Below are positions 20,893 through 33,657 of a stretch of DNA of 64,000 bases, in pieces; the stretch's first letter is position 1, and the number at the start of each line of letters is the position of its first letter. The translations under genes and the position numbers were made by a program. Below the pieces are notes generated by a model that saw only the letters and a program-made list of their open reading frames with translations, did no database searches and was not told the DNA's origin. Where the stretch lies: assembly GCA_963667845.2 (NCBI GenBank), contig CAXXVL010000002.1, forward strand, positions 704,001-768,000. Reading direction: 5' to 3'. Source of the DNA: Smithellaceae bacterium (GTDB lineage Bacteria > Desulfobacterota > Syntrophia > Syntrophales > Smithellaceae).

Positions 20893-20940
20893 ATACAATA
20901 AAATGTATTCATGAAATAATTGTACCACAATATATAGTGT
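20893..20940. promoter_or_regulatory. Candidate tandem NrdR boxes upstream of smc
   Basis: CCACAATATATAGTGT (20925-20940) fits the NrdR consensus; weaker ATACAATAAAATGTAT (20893-20908) lies 32 bp away. Confidence 0.6.
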
Positions 20941-21255
20941 TTTTTAATATTTGGCCAGAAAGAAATTTTTTGGCTATTCGGTGAAGAAATAGACAAATTG
21001 TTGAATTAAATTTGATCATTTTTAAAACTCTTGGAAAGAGCTCTTGTGATCGTGAACCTCCAAAATGATACAAGATTATTTCACGTTCAATTTTTTTGAA
21101 TAATTTACATCAATTATGTATCAATGAGACTACCTTGCATTTTCTTGACTCGAGCGAATTGTCGATTTCAAATACGAAAACAAAGGAGTGGACGGTTAAT
21201 TTGAGGCTTAGATTAATAAACATTCTGAAATATACTGAGAATAGGTCCGAAAAAG

Positions 21256-22029
21256 TCAATCACCTTCCCGCAGCATACTGCGAACAGCGTCTGGCGTTGC
21301 GGCTTGAGTCTTGGCGTCCAATTCAAAGGAATTCAGGAGCGGATTCTGAACCGTTCGATAAGAATATCTCATGGGAACAGCCATTCCGACAAAGGCACCC
21401 AGCGGATTTTTCTTCATTGGAAGAAGTTCTTCAAATTCGGAACACCATTTGTAAAGCGACGTTGGAAGATAGATAACGGATCCCCAGGTAATAGATGTAT
21501 TCATGGCTTGATTGATTATGGATTTCATTTCGCCGATGGAGAAGAAGCGTACTTGGGAAAGGATGGGAAAACCAAAGAGTTTCCGAACAGATTGTTTTGT
21601 TCCAATTAGAGTATGTTTATTAAAAAATCCGACAAAAATTCGATTGCGACAAACCCGAATCGCCTCTGCAATGACTTTTTGATGGTCATGAAAGGTCTGA
21701 ATGCTTGTGATTAATGTGACAATATCAAATTCATTATCTGAAAATGGAAGATCTGTAGCTTCACCTAGAATAAATTCGCATTGGGGACCCACTTTTTGTC
21801 GCGCCAGCTCCAAGGCATCCTTGGATGCATCAATACCTGCAAGAATGCATTTCTTCTTCTGAAAAAGGTATAAGTTGTCACCCGTACCGCAGCCGACATC
21901 CAGAAGTGATTCACCGGCAACGGGAGATACGAGATCCATGATAAGCTTTTCTTGCCTGGAGTATATGTATCGGCCCACTTCCGTAGCCAGCCACTGGTCT
22001 CTGGACGCGGCCCTTATCGTATTCGGCAT
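21256..22029 (-). CDS. Class I SAM-dependent methyltransferase
   Basis: LLDVGCGTG, GIDAS, LPFSDNEFDIV motifs. Confidence 0.88.
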   Translation of the reverse strand: MPNTIRAASRDQWLATEVGRYIYSRQEKLIMDLVSPVAGESLLDVGCGTGDNLYLFQKKKCILAGIDASKDALELARQKVGPQCEFILGEATDLPFSDNEFDIVTLITSIQTFHDHQKVIAEAIRVCRNRIFVGFFNKHTLIGTKQSVRKLFGFPILSQVRFFSIGEMKSIINQAMNTSITWGSVIYLPTSLYKWCSEFEELLPMKKNPLGAFVGMAVPMRYSYRTVQNPLLNSFELDAKTQAATPDAVRSMLREGD

Positions 22030-22160
22030 AAAACTAGTACCTCATTAAATACGTCAATTCGTCGAGAACTGGTCTACAATCCTCAGAAGCAGATACCGGC
22101 CTTATCACAATTGTAAATTTATTATACTTAGGTATTCCGATTATTGCATCAACAAAATTA

Positions 22161-23153
22161 TCAGCCACCAATATCGGACATATCGCGGAGGCATTTTTTC
22201 AGATGCCTGTCAGTGCAATCCAAATCGTGTTTTTCCGGTTTGAGTAAAATCGCCTGACGGATAAGGGCAGCCAGTTCGGCATCATCACAATGGCGGCGAA
22301 TCGCCTCATGCAAATCAATTTCTGTGTCCTTTAGAAGACAGGCGCGTAATTTACCGTCCGCCGTCAGACGCAAACGGTTGCATGTTGAACAAAAATGATC
22401 GCTTACAGGATTAATGAAACCGATTTCGCCTAAACCACCTTTAATTTTATACAGCTTGGCAGGGCCGTCCGATTTACTCTTCTTTCCTGCCAAGGGTTCA
22501 AGTTTGAAATGATTTCGAATTATATTAAACAGAACGTCTGCAGACAGAAAGTCTTTCGGTTGACTGGCATTGACGTCGCTGATGGGCATGATTTCAATAA
22601 AGCGAATCTGAAAAGGTTTGGTGACCGCTAATTGAGCAAAATCGAGAACTTCATTATCATTAAAACCATTCATCACAACAACATTAATCTTTATCGGACG
22701 AAACCCGACTTTTTCCGCCGCCGCGATGCCTCGAAATACATCATCAAGATTCCCGCCCCTGGTAATTTGGGCGTATTTATCTTTATTTAGAGAATCAAGG
22801 CTGATATTGATCCTCGTGATTCCGGCCTCATAAATAGCTGCAGCATATTGATCGAGAAGAATGCCATTTGTCGTTAAACTGATGTCCTGAAGACCTTGAA
22901 TCTTTCTCAGATCACGTGCAAACTCGACAAAACCTCGTCGAGCAAGCGGTTCGCCACCCGTCAGACGAACTTTGATCATGCCCATTTTAACTGCCTGGGA
23001 AACGATACGAATAATATCTTCATAGCGCAGAATATCATCGTGGCCTTTCAGTGAAATTCCTTCCTTTGGCCGGCAATACACACAACGCAGATTACATCTG
23101 TCTGTTATAGAAACCCGTAGATAATTAATCTCTCTGTCGAACTTATCCAGCAT
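22161..23153 (-). CDS. moaA: GTP 3',8-cyclase MoaA
   Basis: YLRVSITDRCNLRCVYC, FCSTCNRLRLTADG, C-terminal IGG. Confidence 0.97.
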   Translation of the reverse strand: MLDKFDREINYLRVSITDRCNLRCVYCRPKEGISLKGHDDILRYEDIIRIVSQAVKMGMIKVRLTGGEPLARRGFVEFARDLRKIQGLQDISLTTNGILLDQYAAAIYEAGITRINISLDSLNKDKYAQITRGGNLDDVFRGIAAAEKVGFRPIKINVVVMNGFNDNEVLDFAQLAVTKPFQIRFIEIMPISDVNASQPKDFLSADVLFNIIRNHFKLEPLAGKKSKSDGPAKLYKIKGGLGEIGFINPVSDHFCSTCNRLRLTADGKLRACLLKDTEIDLHEAIRRHCDDAELAALIRQAILLKPEKHDLDCTDRHLKKCLRDMSDIGG

Positions 23154-23399
23154 TTGTTTGTTTTGAATGCTCCTCTATAGAGTATGACTGTCGTTCAATA
23201 ACATAAACCTATCGACAAAACAACTTTCTCATTTCTTTTCGCCGAAGTTTCGTATATTATTGAAAATATACTCGAAACAAAAAGTAAATGTTCCTTGACA
23301 CGGCGCTCTTTCTCGTTTAAACAAAAACAAAGTGAGATCCTGCCTGTTGTTGAACAAATAAGATCACGTCAGAGCAAGGCAAAATAATCTGGAGTTCTA

Positions 23400-23873
23400 A
23401 TGGACAAGGTACCTATTACTAAAGAGGGTTTCGATAAATTGAAGAAGGAATTGGAAACAATTAAAAATGTATCCATTCCAGAAAACGTCCGAGACATTGA
23501 GATCGCTCGTGCTCATGGAGATCTTTCGGAAAACGCGGAGTATGCAGCAGCAAAAGAGCGGCAATCTTACTTATACGGTAAATCACAAGAATTGGAAAAC
23601 AATCTGGCTTGCTCCAATATCATAACTTTAACGGGCAAAATAAGCGGCAAAGTCGTTTTCGGTTGTTTCGTTACGATAGTCGATAGTGATAATGGGGAAG
23701 AAATTAAATATCAACTGGTCGGCCCTTTTGAATCGGATATCAACGTAAATAAAATTTCCGTAACATCACCAATCGGAAAAGCGTTGATCGGGAAAAGCAT
23801 TGATAATGAAATAATTGTCAAGGCGCCTGGCGGAACACGCAATTTTCAGATTGTTGATATTTCCGTCGAATAA
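23400..23873 (+). CDS. greA: Transcription elongation factor GreA
   Basis: ARAHGDLSENAEY, ISVTSPIGKALIG. Confidence 0.96.
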   Translation: MDKVPITKEGFDKLKKELETIKNVSIPENVRDIEIARAHGDLSENAEYAAAKERQSYLYGKSQELENNLACSNIITLTGKISGKVVFGCFVTIVDSDNGEEIKYQLVGPFESDINVNKISVTSPIGKALIGKSIDNEIIVKAPGGTRNFQIVDISVE

Positions 23874-23886
23874 CAAATAGATAATC

Positions 23887-23924
23887 AAAAAAAGGGGAAC
23901 TCAGTTAGTTGAGTTCCCCTTTTT
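23887..23924. terminator. Bidirectional intrinsic terminator between greA and atpC
   Basis: A-tract, GGGGAACTCA / TGAGTTCCCC stem, T-tract. Confidence 0.88.
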
Positions 23925-23944
23925 AAATTCTATTTTCAAGATAT

Positions 23945-24361
23945 TTAACTTTGCAGCGATTTATCGGCAACACTAATTCTGTTAATCGCCCTGGCTAGAG
24001 CCAATCGCATCTTTTCGAAATCATCATGGTCCTTGCTCAGTTGCGCCAAACTGGCAGCTGCCTTTTCTTTCGCCCTGGTAGCCCGATCCTTATCAATAGC
24101 ATCGGCTCTTTCAGCAGTTTCTATCAGGACCGTTATCTTGGTTCCCGTGATTTCCGCATAACCTGTATTGACGGCATAATGAGTTCTTTTGCCCCCCGCA
24201 AGAATGTAAAGCTCTCCAATATCAACAGAGGTTAGGAAAGGCTCATGACCTCGTAAAACCCCGAATTCACCCTCTGTTCCCGGGATCGTTACTTCATCAA
24301 CTTTTCCGGAAAAGACCATTTTTTCCGGTGTTACCACTTCAAGAGTTATTTCTTCCGACAT
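23945..24361 (-). CDS. atpC: ATP synthase F1 epsilon subunit
   Basis: [16 protein letters not shown]; operon position. Confidence 0.96.
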   Translation of the reverse strand: MSEEITLEVVTPEKMVFSGKVDEVTIPGTEGEFGVLRGHEPFLTSVDIGELYILAGGKRTHYAVNTGYAEITGTKITVLIETAERADAIDKDRATRAKEKAAASLAQLSKDHDDFEKMRLALARAINRISVADKSLQS

Positions 24362-24376
24362 TGAAATCCTCGCTGA

Positions 24377-25843
<1,467 letters not shown>

Positions 25844-26719
25844 TTAGCCTTTCGACAGAGCTTCGGTACCACCAACGATGTCCATCAACTCTGCCGTAAT
25901 TGCCGCCTGTCTTGCTTTATTCATTTTTAAGGTCAGCGTACTGATCAGTTCTTCGCAATTGCTGGTTGCGTTATCCATAGAGGCCATCCGCGCACCATTT
26001 TCGCCGGCTGATGTTTCCAGAAGGGCGCGATAAACCAAAACGTGAACGTACATCGGCAGCAATTTATGCAATAATATCTCATCCGACGGTTCATAAACGT
26101 AGTCAAGCCTTTTGTCAGAATCTATCTCGGCGTCCTGGCCAATTGCGGGCAAGGGAAACAAGCGGACAACCGTCGGCTTTTGGACGGAAACATTGACAAA
26201 CTGATTATAGATTAAATACAGTTCATCATATTCTTCCTTTATAAAGGGGGTAATGACTTCGTCAGCAATGGATACGGCCAATGTCATGTCGAATTTACTT
26301 AAGAGATCAACTTTTTGTGCAATAATATTTGCTTTTTTTCTGAAAAAATCTCTGCCTTTGCGGCCAACGCTAACGAGAGAAATGTCTTTACCTTCTTTTC
26401 CTTTATCCCGTAAAAATCTTTCAGTGGCTTTAATCAGATTTGTATTGAATCCACCGCAAAGCCCCCGGTCCGACGTCATACAAATAACTCTGATCTTCTT
26501 GGGATCGCGCACGGCCAAAAGCGGGTGCGTTGTGGTATCCACACGAAGGGCTAAACTGTTAAGAACATCCATGAATTTTCCGGCGTAGGGCCGAAAATTT
26601 TCCATCTTCACCTGCGCCGATTTAAATTTAGATGCGGCAACCATGTTCATGGCGCGCGTAATCTGCTTGGTCTTTTGAACGGCGCTTACTTTTCTTTTTA
26701 TGTCTTTAAGCGAGGCCAC
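25844..26719 (-). CDS. atpG: ATP synthase F1 gamma subunit
   Basis: ITRAMNMVAA, SDRGLCG, RQAAITAEL. Confidence 0.98.
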   Translation of the reverse strand: MASLKDIKRKVSAVQKTKQITRAMNMVAASKFKSAQVKMENFRPYAGKFMDVLNSLALRVDTTTHPLLAVRDPKKIRVICMTSDRGLCGGFNTNLIKATERFLRDKGKEGKDISLVSVGRKGRDFFRKKANIIAQKVDLLSKFDMTLAVSIADEVITPFIKEEYDELYLIYNQFVNVSVQKPTVVRLFPLPAIGQDAEIDSDKRLDYVYEPSDEILLHKLLPMYVHVLVYRALLETSAGENGARMASMDNATSNCEELISTLTLKMNKARQAAITAELMDIVGGTEALSKG

Positions 26720-26813
26720 CGAAAATTCTCCTCAACTATTTATTTTAAACTTTACTACCGTGTTCCTGTTGCCAGGATTTCACTACGAAATTCAGTTTTA
26801 ATTTTATTACAGT

Positions 26814-28328
26814 CTATTCCGCTACAAAAACGGAGTCGAATGCCGTCAGAGCATCCTTCATCTTCTTTTCCAGCTCAGGAGAGATGACTTTCTTGTCTTC
26901 TACTTCCTTCAAAATATCAGGATGCTTGCTTTCAATAAAACCCAACAACTGTTTTTCATAAATCTGGACTTTATCAACATCGATTTTATCAATGAAACCC
27001 CGCGTTCCTGCAAATAGTACGACAATTTCCTGTCCCAGAGACATCGGCTGGTATTGCGGTTGTTTAAGCAACTCAACCAGACGGACACCGCGATCCAACT
27101 GCGCCTGTGTGGATTTGTCCAGATCGGAACCGAATTGGGCAAATGCCGCCAGTTCTCGGAACTGGGCCAAATCAAGTTTCAACGTGCCGGCAACCTGTTT
27201 CATCGCCTTCACTTGGGCAGCACCGCCGACGCGGGACACGGACAAACCGACGTTGATAGCCGGGCGGATACCGGAGAAGAACGAACTCGGTTCCAGATAA
27301 ACCTGGCCGTCTGTAATCGAAATAACGTTTGTCGGAATGTAGGCCGATACGTCGCCTGCCTGGGTTTCGATAATCGGCAGAGCTGTAAGCGATCCACCGC
27401 CTAACTCCTGACTAACGCGCGCTGAACGTTCCAGCAGACGGGAGTGATTATAAAAGATGTCGCCGGGATAAGCTTCACGCCCGGGAGGACGACGCAGGAG
27501 CAGTGAAATCTGACGATAGGCAACAGCCTGTTTTGACAAGTCATCGTAAACGATCAATGCATCCTGGCCTCTGTCACGGAAATATTCACCAATACTGCAA
27601 CCGGCGTAAGCCGCAATATATTGAAGCGTTGCCGGGTCGGACGCGCAACCGGCAACGATGCATGTGTAAGACATCGCGTCATGCTGCCTTAATTTTTCCA
27701 CAACCTGCGCCACGGTTGATTTCTTCTGGCCGATGGCGACATAGATACATTTGACTCCGGTATCTTTCTGGCGGATGATTGCATCGATACAGATAGCCGT
27801 TTTACCAATTTGGCGGTCACCAATAATAAGTTCACGCTGACCGCGTCCGATCGGTGTCATGGCGTCAATCGCCTTGAGGCCGGTGTACATCGGTTGATTA
27901 ACGGGTTGGCGTGCAATAACACCGGGAGCAACCATTTCAATACGGCGAAACTCATTGGAATCGATGGGTCCCTTTCCGTCCAACGGCGCTCCCGTCGCGT
28001 CAATGACACGGCCGAGCAGCCCTTCGCCCACCGGAACCTGCGCGATTTTACCGGTTCTTTTAACGATATCGCCTTCCTTGATATGGGTAACCTCACCGAG
28101 AACGGCAACACCGACGTTATCTGCTTCGAGGTTGAGAACCATGCCCAGGATACCGCCGGGGAATTCGAGAAGCTCCATGACCATTGCGTTTTGCACACCG
28201 TAAACTCTGGCGATGCCGTCACCGACGGACAGGACTGTTCCCGTTTCGCTTATATCCAGCTTTTTTTCATAGCTTTTAATTTGCTCAGAAATAATTTGAC
28301 TGATTTCTTCCGCCTTGATTGCTTCCAT
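26814..28328 (-). CDS. atpA: ATP synthase F1 alpha subunit
   Basis: [25 protein letters not shown]. Confidence 0.99.
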   Translation of the reverse strand: MEAIKAEEISQIISEQIKSYEKKLDISETGTVLSVGDGIARVYGVQNAMVMELLEFPGGILGMVLNLEADNVGVAVLGEVTHIKEGDIVKRTGKIAQVPVGEGLLGRVIDATGAPLDGKGPIDSNEFRRIEMVAPGVIARQPVNQPMYTGLKAIDAMTPIGRGQRELIIGDRQIGKTAICIDAIIRQKDTGVKCIYVAIGQKKSTVAQVVEKLRQHDAMSYTCIVAGCASDPATLQYIAAYAGCSIGEYFRDRGQDALIVYDDLSKQAVAYRQISLLLRRPPGREAYPGDIFYNHSRLLERSARVSQELGGGSLTALPIIETQAGDVSAYIPTNVISITDGQVYLEPSSFFSGIRPAINVGLSVSRVGGAAQVKAMKQVAGTLKLDLAQFRELAAFAQFGSDLDKSTQAQLDRGVRLVELLKQPQYQPMSLGQEIVVLFAGTRGFIDKIDVDKVQIYEKQLLGFIESKHPDILKEVEDKKVISPELEKKMKDALTAFDSVFVAE

Positions 28329-28331
28329 GTC

Positions 28332-28874
28332 TTATCTTGCCTCCCCTAAGAGATTCCTCATATTATTCAATTGGTTTTTGATGCTGCCGTCATAAAGCGT
28401 ATCACCAACACCAATGACTATGCCACCCAAAAGGCCTTTGTCATCTGCTACCGTAACTTCGACATCGCGACCCGTCATCTTTTTCAAGCTGGACGTAATG
28501 TATGCCTGCATGTCACCAGACAGAGGAAAGGCAGTCGTCAGGGTCACTCTAACCTTCTGAAGCGTCTCATCCATCAGCTGCCTGTAACAGGCTTCGATAT
28601 CCGGCAGGACAGCAATTCTTTTCTTATCGATCAGTAAACGCAAGAAATTGATTGTCATTTTAGAGAGCGAAAGCTTGCCGATGATCTTTTCCAGAACTTT
28701 TTGTTTCGTGTCCTGTTCAAAAACGGGATTGGCTAAAAAGCCACCCAGATCCTTATTCTCCGCAACTATTGAAGAAAACTGTCTGAGTTCGTTATAGTAT
28801 TGCTCCAGCTTTTTTTCTTCCCCGGCAATTTCAAAAAATGCGCGAGCATATCGTTTTGAAATATTGCTGATCAA
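28332..28874 (-). CDS. atpH: ATP synthase F1 delta subunit
   Basis: KRYARAF, LLGGIVI..GD..YDGS; operon position. Confidence 0.95.
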   Translation of the reverse strand: MISNISKRYARAFFEIAGEEKKLEQYYNELRQFSSIVAENKDLGGFLANPVFEQDTKQKVLEKIIGKLSLSKMTINFLRLLIDKKRIAVLPDIEACYRQLMDETLQKVRVTLTTAFPLSGDMQAYITSSLKKMTGRDVEVTVADDKGLLGGIVIGVGDTLYDGSIKNQLNNMRNLLGEAR

Positions 28875-29464
28875 TGTTTATTCACCACCTTATCCATATA
28901 TTCCTTGACCATGGTTTCATGATCTTGTGCTGTAATATTTTTCTTCAATATTTCTTCCGCCATTTGCACAGAAAGAGCCACCGCTTCACTGCGCAGCTGA
29001 CCGGATGCTTTTTGCAGCTCCTGTTCCAGGCGCGCCTGGGCGTCTTCTTTCATCTTCTGAGCAACTTTATTGGCATCTTCAATAATTTTCTGTTTTTCGA
29101 CAACACCTTGGGCCTTGATCATCTCAAAAATTCCGTCGATTTCGAGAGAAGCCTTGTCGATCTTTTCCGCATACTCTCTGTATTGTTTCTCGGCATCCGC
29201 TTTTTGAATGGCCGTAGTCTCCAGAGACTCCTTAATTTCTTGACGCCGACCGGAGAAAAAATCTTTAATTTTAGGGGCCAGCATCCAAACCAGCAAGCCA
29301 ATGATAATAGCCGCATTTAAGGTTTTAAAAGCAAAACCCTTCCATAGGGAGGAATCTTCGCCCTCTCCGCCACCAGACGCATAAACCATGCATACTGAAA
29401 ACAAAACGATAAGCAGGGAAAAAAGCAGCGAATAATAATATGTTGATCGGCGTGAGGATTTCAT
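28871..29464 (-). CDS. atpF: ATP synthase F0 subunit b
   Basis: TM segment followed by charged coiled coil; immediately precedes atpH. Confidence 0.9.
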   Translation of the reverse strand: MKSSRRSTYYYSLLFSLLIVLFSVCMVYASGGGEGEDSSLWKGFAFKTLNAAIIIGLLVWMLAPKIKDFFSGRRQEIKESLETTAIQKADAEKQYREYAEKIDKASLEIDGIFEMIKAQGVVEKQKIIEDANKVAQKMKEDAQARLEQELQKASGQLRSEAVALSVQMAEEILKKNITAQDHETMVKEYMDKVVNKH

Positions 29465-29895
29465 TGTACTCTCCTTCCCAGAACTTTTTCTGCAATTTCC
29501 AAGGAGAGCTGACGAGATTGAGTATTCAGTATTTGCCTCGCCGCCTGCATTTCCTGATCCATCTTTTTTTGAGATTCCTGAGCCATCAGGGGTATCTCAT
29601 TGCGGACAGCATCCACGATGCTCTTGGCCTGTTTTGAGCCTTCCGCGATAATCTCTTTCTTCAATTCGGACGCACCGGCCTTTGCTTTACCGAGTTTTTC
29701 TTCATACTCAGTAGCCTTTTTAGTAACGGACTCCTTGAAGAGCTTGATCTCGTTTTCAAGTTCATCCAATTGCTTTTTCCGGCGGTCGATAATGGACAAA
29801 ATGGGTTTGTAAAGAAGATAATTGAGGATAAACACTAAGGCTATAAAAGTAGCCATCTGAACGAAAAGCGTCAAATCTGGAATTACGGTAACCAC
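29461..29895 (-). CDS. ATP synthase F0 subunit b'
   Basis: PDLTLFVQ..F..L..ILNYLLYKP, then coiled coil; GAGG RBS before GTG 29895. Confidence 0.88.
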   Translation of the reverse strand: MVTVIPDLTLFVQMATFIALVFILNYLLYKPILSIIDRRKKQLDELENEIKLFKESVTKKATEYEEKLGKAKAGASELKKEIIAEGSKQAKSIVDAVRNEIPLMAQESQKKMDQEMQAARQILNTQSRQLSLEIAEKVLGRRVQ

Positions 29896-30184
29896 AACGT
29901 ACCTCGTCGTTTTTTTTTCATACCGATTGTTCCTCATGGCGCATTTTACAAGGAACAATGAGCGGGTGAATAAATTTTACCTACATTTCAAATAGCTAAT
30001 CTCTGCAGTGATTTATTTCAGAAGCTAAAAGCTCAGATTACCGGGCTTATGCCGAACCTAGCCACACCGCGAGGACGGGTGTTACTAATCATACCCTAGT
30101 TTTGTTGTCAAGCTTTTTTGTGACCGGCGGTCTATTTTTGATAAATTCGACGTTATAATAATTGAAATAAGTGCTTGAAAGAAT

Positions 30185-30562
30185 TCAATCCACTGCCGGT
30201 GTAATATTTTTTTGATCGCGCATTTCGCTCATGTGGGAACGGCCGTCGAAGAGGGCCCCTTCTTCCATAATGAAAATCGGTGTCCGGACGTCGCCAAACA
30301 ATTTACCAGTCGAATGAATGTTGACTCTTTCCTTTACTTCAATACTACCCTGAATTTCGCCGCCAATGTAAATGCTATGCACTGCGATATTTGCTTTCAC
30401 CAAAGCACCTTCCCCAACATCAACTGATCCCTGCCCGTAAATCTCCCCCTGAAAATCGCCGTCAATGCGCACATTCCCCTTGAAAATGAGTTTGCCGATA
30501 AACTCCGCGCCCTTCCCCAAGAAGGCTTTTGTATCTTCAACATGCTTCTTTTTTTCCCACAT
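30185..30562 (-). CDS. Bactofilin (polymer-forming cytoskeletal protein)
   Basis: Beta-helix pattern: G.L.F.G.VRIDG.F.G.I ... I.G.I.G.I ... MEEGA.FDG. Confidence 0.9.
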   Translation of the reverse strand: MWEKKKHVEDTKAFLGKGAEFIGKLIFKGNVRIDGDFQGEIYGQGSVDVGEGALVKANIAVHSIYIGGEIQGSIEVKERVNIHSTGKLFGDVRTPIFIMEEGALFDGRSHMSEMRDQKNITPAVD

Positions 30563-30599
30563 ATCATCATTCTCCTTCCTATATTGAATACCCCATACG

Positions 30600-31715
30600 T
30601 CAACGTTGCAGAATGAATCTGCGAACGCTGACGTTCATTAGCAATCCTATGGCAGCCAAGAGTGTCACGATCGCTGAACCACCGTAACTCAGGAAAGGCA
30701 ATGGAATGCCTACAACCGGCAGCATCCCCAAAACCATTCCCATATTGATGACCACTTGCCATGCGATAAGCGCCGTAATGCCAAACGCGAGGATCGTGCC
30801 CAATAAATCTTTTGAATGCAAGGCAATTTTCAAACCCCAGATAATCAATGATATAAACATCACCATCAAAATGAGGCCGCCAATAAATCCCCATTCCTCA
30901 GCAAATACGGAAAAAACAAAATCTGTTTGCTGTTCAGGCAAGAACTTCAGTTGAGTTTGGGAGCCTTTTAAGAATCCCTTGCCCAAAAATCCTCCGGACC
31001 CAATCGCTATCATGGACTGAATGATGTGATAACCCGCTCCCAGAGGGTCACTTTCCGGCGACAGAAAAGTCAATAATCTGTCTTTTTGATAGTCTTTTAA
31101 AAACATCCAGGCCACGGGCAGCATGACCAGGGCGCTCGCCAGCGTAATCAATATGGACTTCCAATTCATCCCTATAAAAAGAACAATCGAGGCGGCAACA
31201 ATGACCATTACTAGGGCGGTGCCGAGATCGGGTTGTTTCAGAATCAGGAGACAGGGAATCAGCACAAGCAGACAAGGAATAAACAATTCTCTCAATAAAT
31301 ATGGTTCATTGGATTTATGATCATCAAAATACCGGGCCAGGGCGATGATAATCGTCACCTTCATCAGTTCGGAAGGTTGAAATAAAATGAACCCAAAGGA
31401 GATCCATCGTTGCGCTCCATTGGCCGTATGCCCGAACGCAGCGACGAAAATAAGAGATGCCAGGGTGACCGCGTAAATGACGTAAGCTGCCTGATTAATA
31501 ATCCGATAATCAATGAGAAAGGTGAGCATCATCAAAAATAAGCCGAGCAGAATCCACTGCAGTTGTTTCAAATAGAGGGGAGATTGATTATCGGCAATAC
31601 TGAAACCTGTCGAGTAAATATTGATAATGCCTATGGCACAGATAGACATCACCAATGCAAAAAGCGTCCAGTCGAAGTACTGGAATATTCGGCGATCATA
31701 TTTAAGGAAAATCAT
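30600..31715 (-). CDS. rodA: Rod shape-determining protein RodA
   Basis: GAQRWI, QPSE, QPDLGT, LPEQQTDF, SYGGS. Confidence 0.97.
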   Translation of the reverse strand: MIFLKYDRRIFQYFDWTLFALVMSICAIGIINIYSTGFSIADNQSPLYLKQLQWILLGLFLMMLTFLIDYRIINQAAYVIYAVTLASLIFVAAFGHTANGAQRWISFGFILFQPSELMKVTIIIALARYFDDHKSNEPYLLRELFIPCLLVLIPCLLILKQPDLGTALVMVIVAASIVLFIGMNWKSILITLASALVMLPVAWMFLKDYQKDRLLTFLSPESDPLGAGYHIIQSMIAIGSGGFLGKGFLKGSQTQLKFLPEQQTDFVFSVFAEEWGFIGGLILMVMFISLIIWGLKIALHSKDLLGTILAFGITALIAWQVVINMGMVLGMLPVVGIPLPFLSYGGSAIVTLLAAIGLLMNVSVRRFILQR

Positions 31716-31764
31716 TGATTATCCCTTTTACGAATCTGAAATAAGATCACAGTTATTAAATATG

Positions 31765-33657
31765 TCAGTTTCCGTTACGCTCGGCCGACGAAACATTTGC
31801 AGCAATTTGATCCACTTTTTCTTTCTTCTTGCCATCGAAATAAGCATTGAGAATTTTGCGCGCAATCGGTGCAGCAACGGAGCCACCCCCTCCGCCAGCG
31901 TTTTCGGCAACGACAACAATCGCAATTTCTGGGTTTTTCATCGGGGCATAGCAAACAAACAACGCATGATCCCTGTGAATCGCGGCTATTTTTTTCATGC
32001 GGCGCGCGGCTTCGCTTTGTGGCAGGGCAATGACCTGTGACGTTCCTGATTTACCGCAAACATCAGTATTAGGCCTGCGCGCTTGGGCGCCTGTACCGCC
32101 CGGTTCATTAACAACACCCCAGAGTGCGTGGCTCAAGATTGCCATGGTCGGCGGGCTCAGGCTTACTTCTCCCGTTTTTTCCGGCTTATATTCTTTAACA
32201 ATACTATGGTCGGACAATTCTATCCGCTGAATCAGATGCGGTCGCCAGCGGGTTCCCCCATTGGCCAGAGCACTGTAAGCCTGTACCAGTTGCAAAGGGG
32301 TTGTTAAATCGAATCCCTGGCCGATTGATATCGATATGGTTTCGCCAAGCTGCCAGGGTTCCTTCATCCGGGCAAGTTTCCAATCTCTCGTTGGCACGAG
32401 ACCTTTTTTCTCATGGGCAAGTTCGATGCCCGTGAGTTCACCTAAACCAAAGAGTTTGGCATAGCGAGCTATTTTATCCACTCCGAGCATTTTCCCTACC
32501 GTATAGAAATAGACATCGCACGATTCCACCAACGCCCGGTGCAGATTGACCGACCCATGTCCATGTTTTTTCCAACAATGATAGCTTCTATTCCCCAGTT
32601 CGAAGGACCCATTGCAATTTACTTTAGTGTCGGGTGTAACTATGCCTTCCTCCAGGGCGGCTGCGGCCACGATCAGTTTGTACGTTGACCCGGGAGGATA
32701 TTGTCCGGAAATGGCCCGGTTGGATAAAGGGTTCAGGGGATTTTTTTGTAGTTTTTCCCATTCCTCGCGGGCAATGCCACTATTGAATAAATTCGGGTCA
32801 AAAGAAGGCAGACTGACCATTGCCAGGATAGAGCCGTCTCGCGGGTCCATAGCCACAGCCGCGCCGGCTTTACCTTCAAAAGCTTCCCAGGCCACTTTCT
32901 GCAATTGAGCATCTATCGTCAATATGACATTCGCCCCGGAAACGGGATCAATCCGTCCCAAATTCTTGATAACCTTTCCAAAGGCATTGACTTCAACCAA
33001 TTCGTTGCCCCGATGGCCGCGAATATAAGAATCAAGAACTTTTTCGATGCCATACTTTCCAGTAATATCTCCTGACGAATAGTCCTCATCGGGGTTCTGC
33101 AATTCTTCTTTACTGACTTCACCCGTGTAGCCGATAATCGGAGCGATGATTTCCCCGTCCACATAAAGGCGGACCGGCGTCACATCGATGTAAACTCCCG
33201 GCAACTCAATCGTGTTTGCCTCTACCAGAGCGACTTTTTCGAAACTCACATTCTTTTCCAACCGGACGGGCAAATAGGGCTTCATTGTCTTCGGAAACGG
33301 TTGGTCTGAGGCGTAATCGATTGATTTGGTCTTATAAAGGTCCCTAATCTTCTGAATAAGCATCTCGGGGGCGACGCCTTTCGTCGGCATATATAGTACG
33401 TCAAACGACGGACGGTTATCCACAATGACTGCCCCATGGCGGTCCATCACCAAACCCCGCAAGGGTTGAATTTTGCGGAAACGAACGGCATTGTTTTCTG
33501 AACGCTGCTTGAGTTCATTCCCTTTGATAACCTGCAAGTACCACAGGCGAATCATCAATAGGGAAAGAACCAGACTCACCAGAATAACAACAACTTTAAG
33601 CTTCTGTCGAAATTCCGTTGGTTCCGGTCCGTTGTGCAGGTTGCATTGTTTTTCCAT
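31765..33657 (-). CDS. mrdA: Penicillin-binding protein 2
   Basis: PPGSTYK (SxxK), SCD, KSGT; mre operon context. Confidence 0.96.
   Translation of the reverse strand: MEKQCNLHNGPEPTEFRQKLKVVVILVSLVLSLLMIRLWYLQVIKGNELKQRSENNAVRFRKIQPLRGLVMDRHGAVIVDNRPSFDVLYMPTKGVAPEMLIQKIRDLYKTKSIDYASDQPFPKTMKPYLPVRLEKNVSFEKVALVEANTIELPGVYIDVTPVRLYVDGEIIAPIIGYTGEVSKEELQNPDEDYSSGDITGKYGIEKVLDSYIRGHRGNELVEVNAFGKVIKNLGRIDPVSGANVILTIDAQLQKVAWEAFEGKAGAAVAMDPRDGSILAMVSLPSFDPNLFNSGIAREEWEKLQKNPLNPLSNRAISGQYPPGSTYKLIVAAAALEEGIVTPDTKVNCNGSFELGNRSYHCWKKHGHGSVNLHRALVESCDVYFYTVGKMLGVDKIARYAKLFGLGELTGIELAHEKKGLVPTRDWKLARMKEPWQLGETISISIGQGFDLTTPLQLVQAYSALANGGTRWRPHLIQRIELSDHSIVKEYKPEKTGEVSLSPPTMAILSHALWGVVNEPGGTGAQARRPNTDVCGKSGTSQVIALPQSEAARRMKKIAAIHRDHALFVCYAPMKNPEIAIVVVAENAGGGGGSVAAPIARKILNAYFDGKKKEKVDQIAANVSSAERNGN

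Noticed and set aside
21096..21476. 126-aa plus-strand ORF in AT-rich DNA
   Set aside because: TTG start, no evident RBS, overlaps the methyltransferase 3' end on the opposite strand, no motifs.
33596..33657. 62-nt overlap of mreD and mrdA as a recoding signal
   Set aside because: Most simply a C-terminal extension of MreD or an uncertain mrdA start. No slippery site seen.
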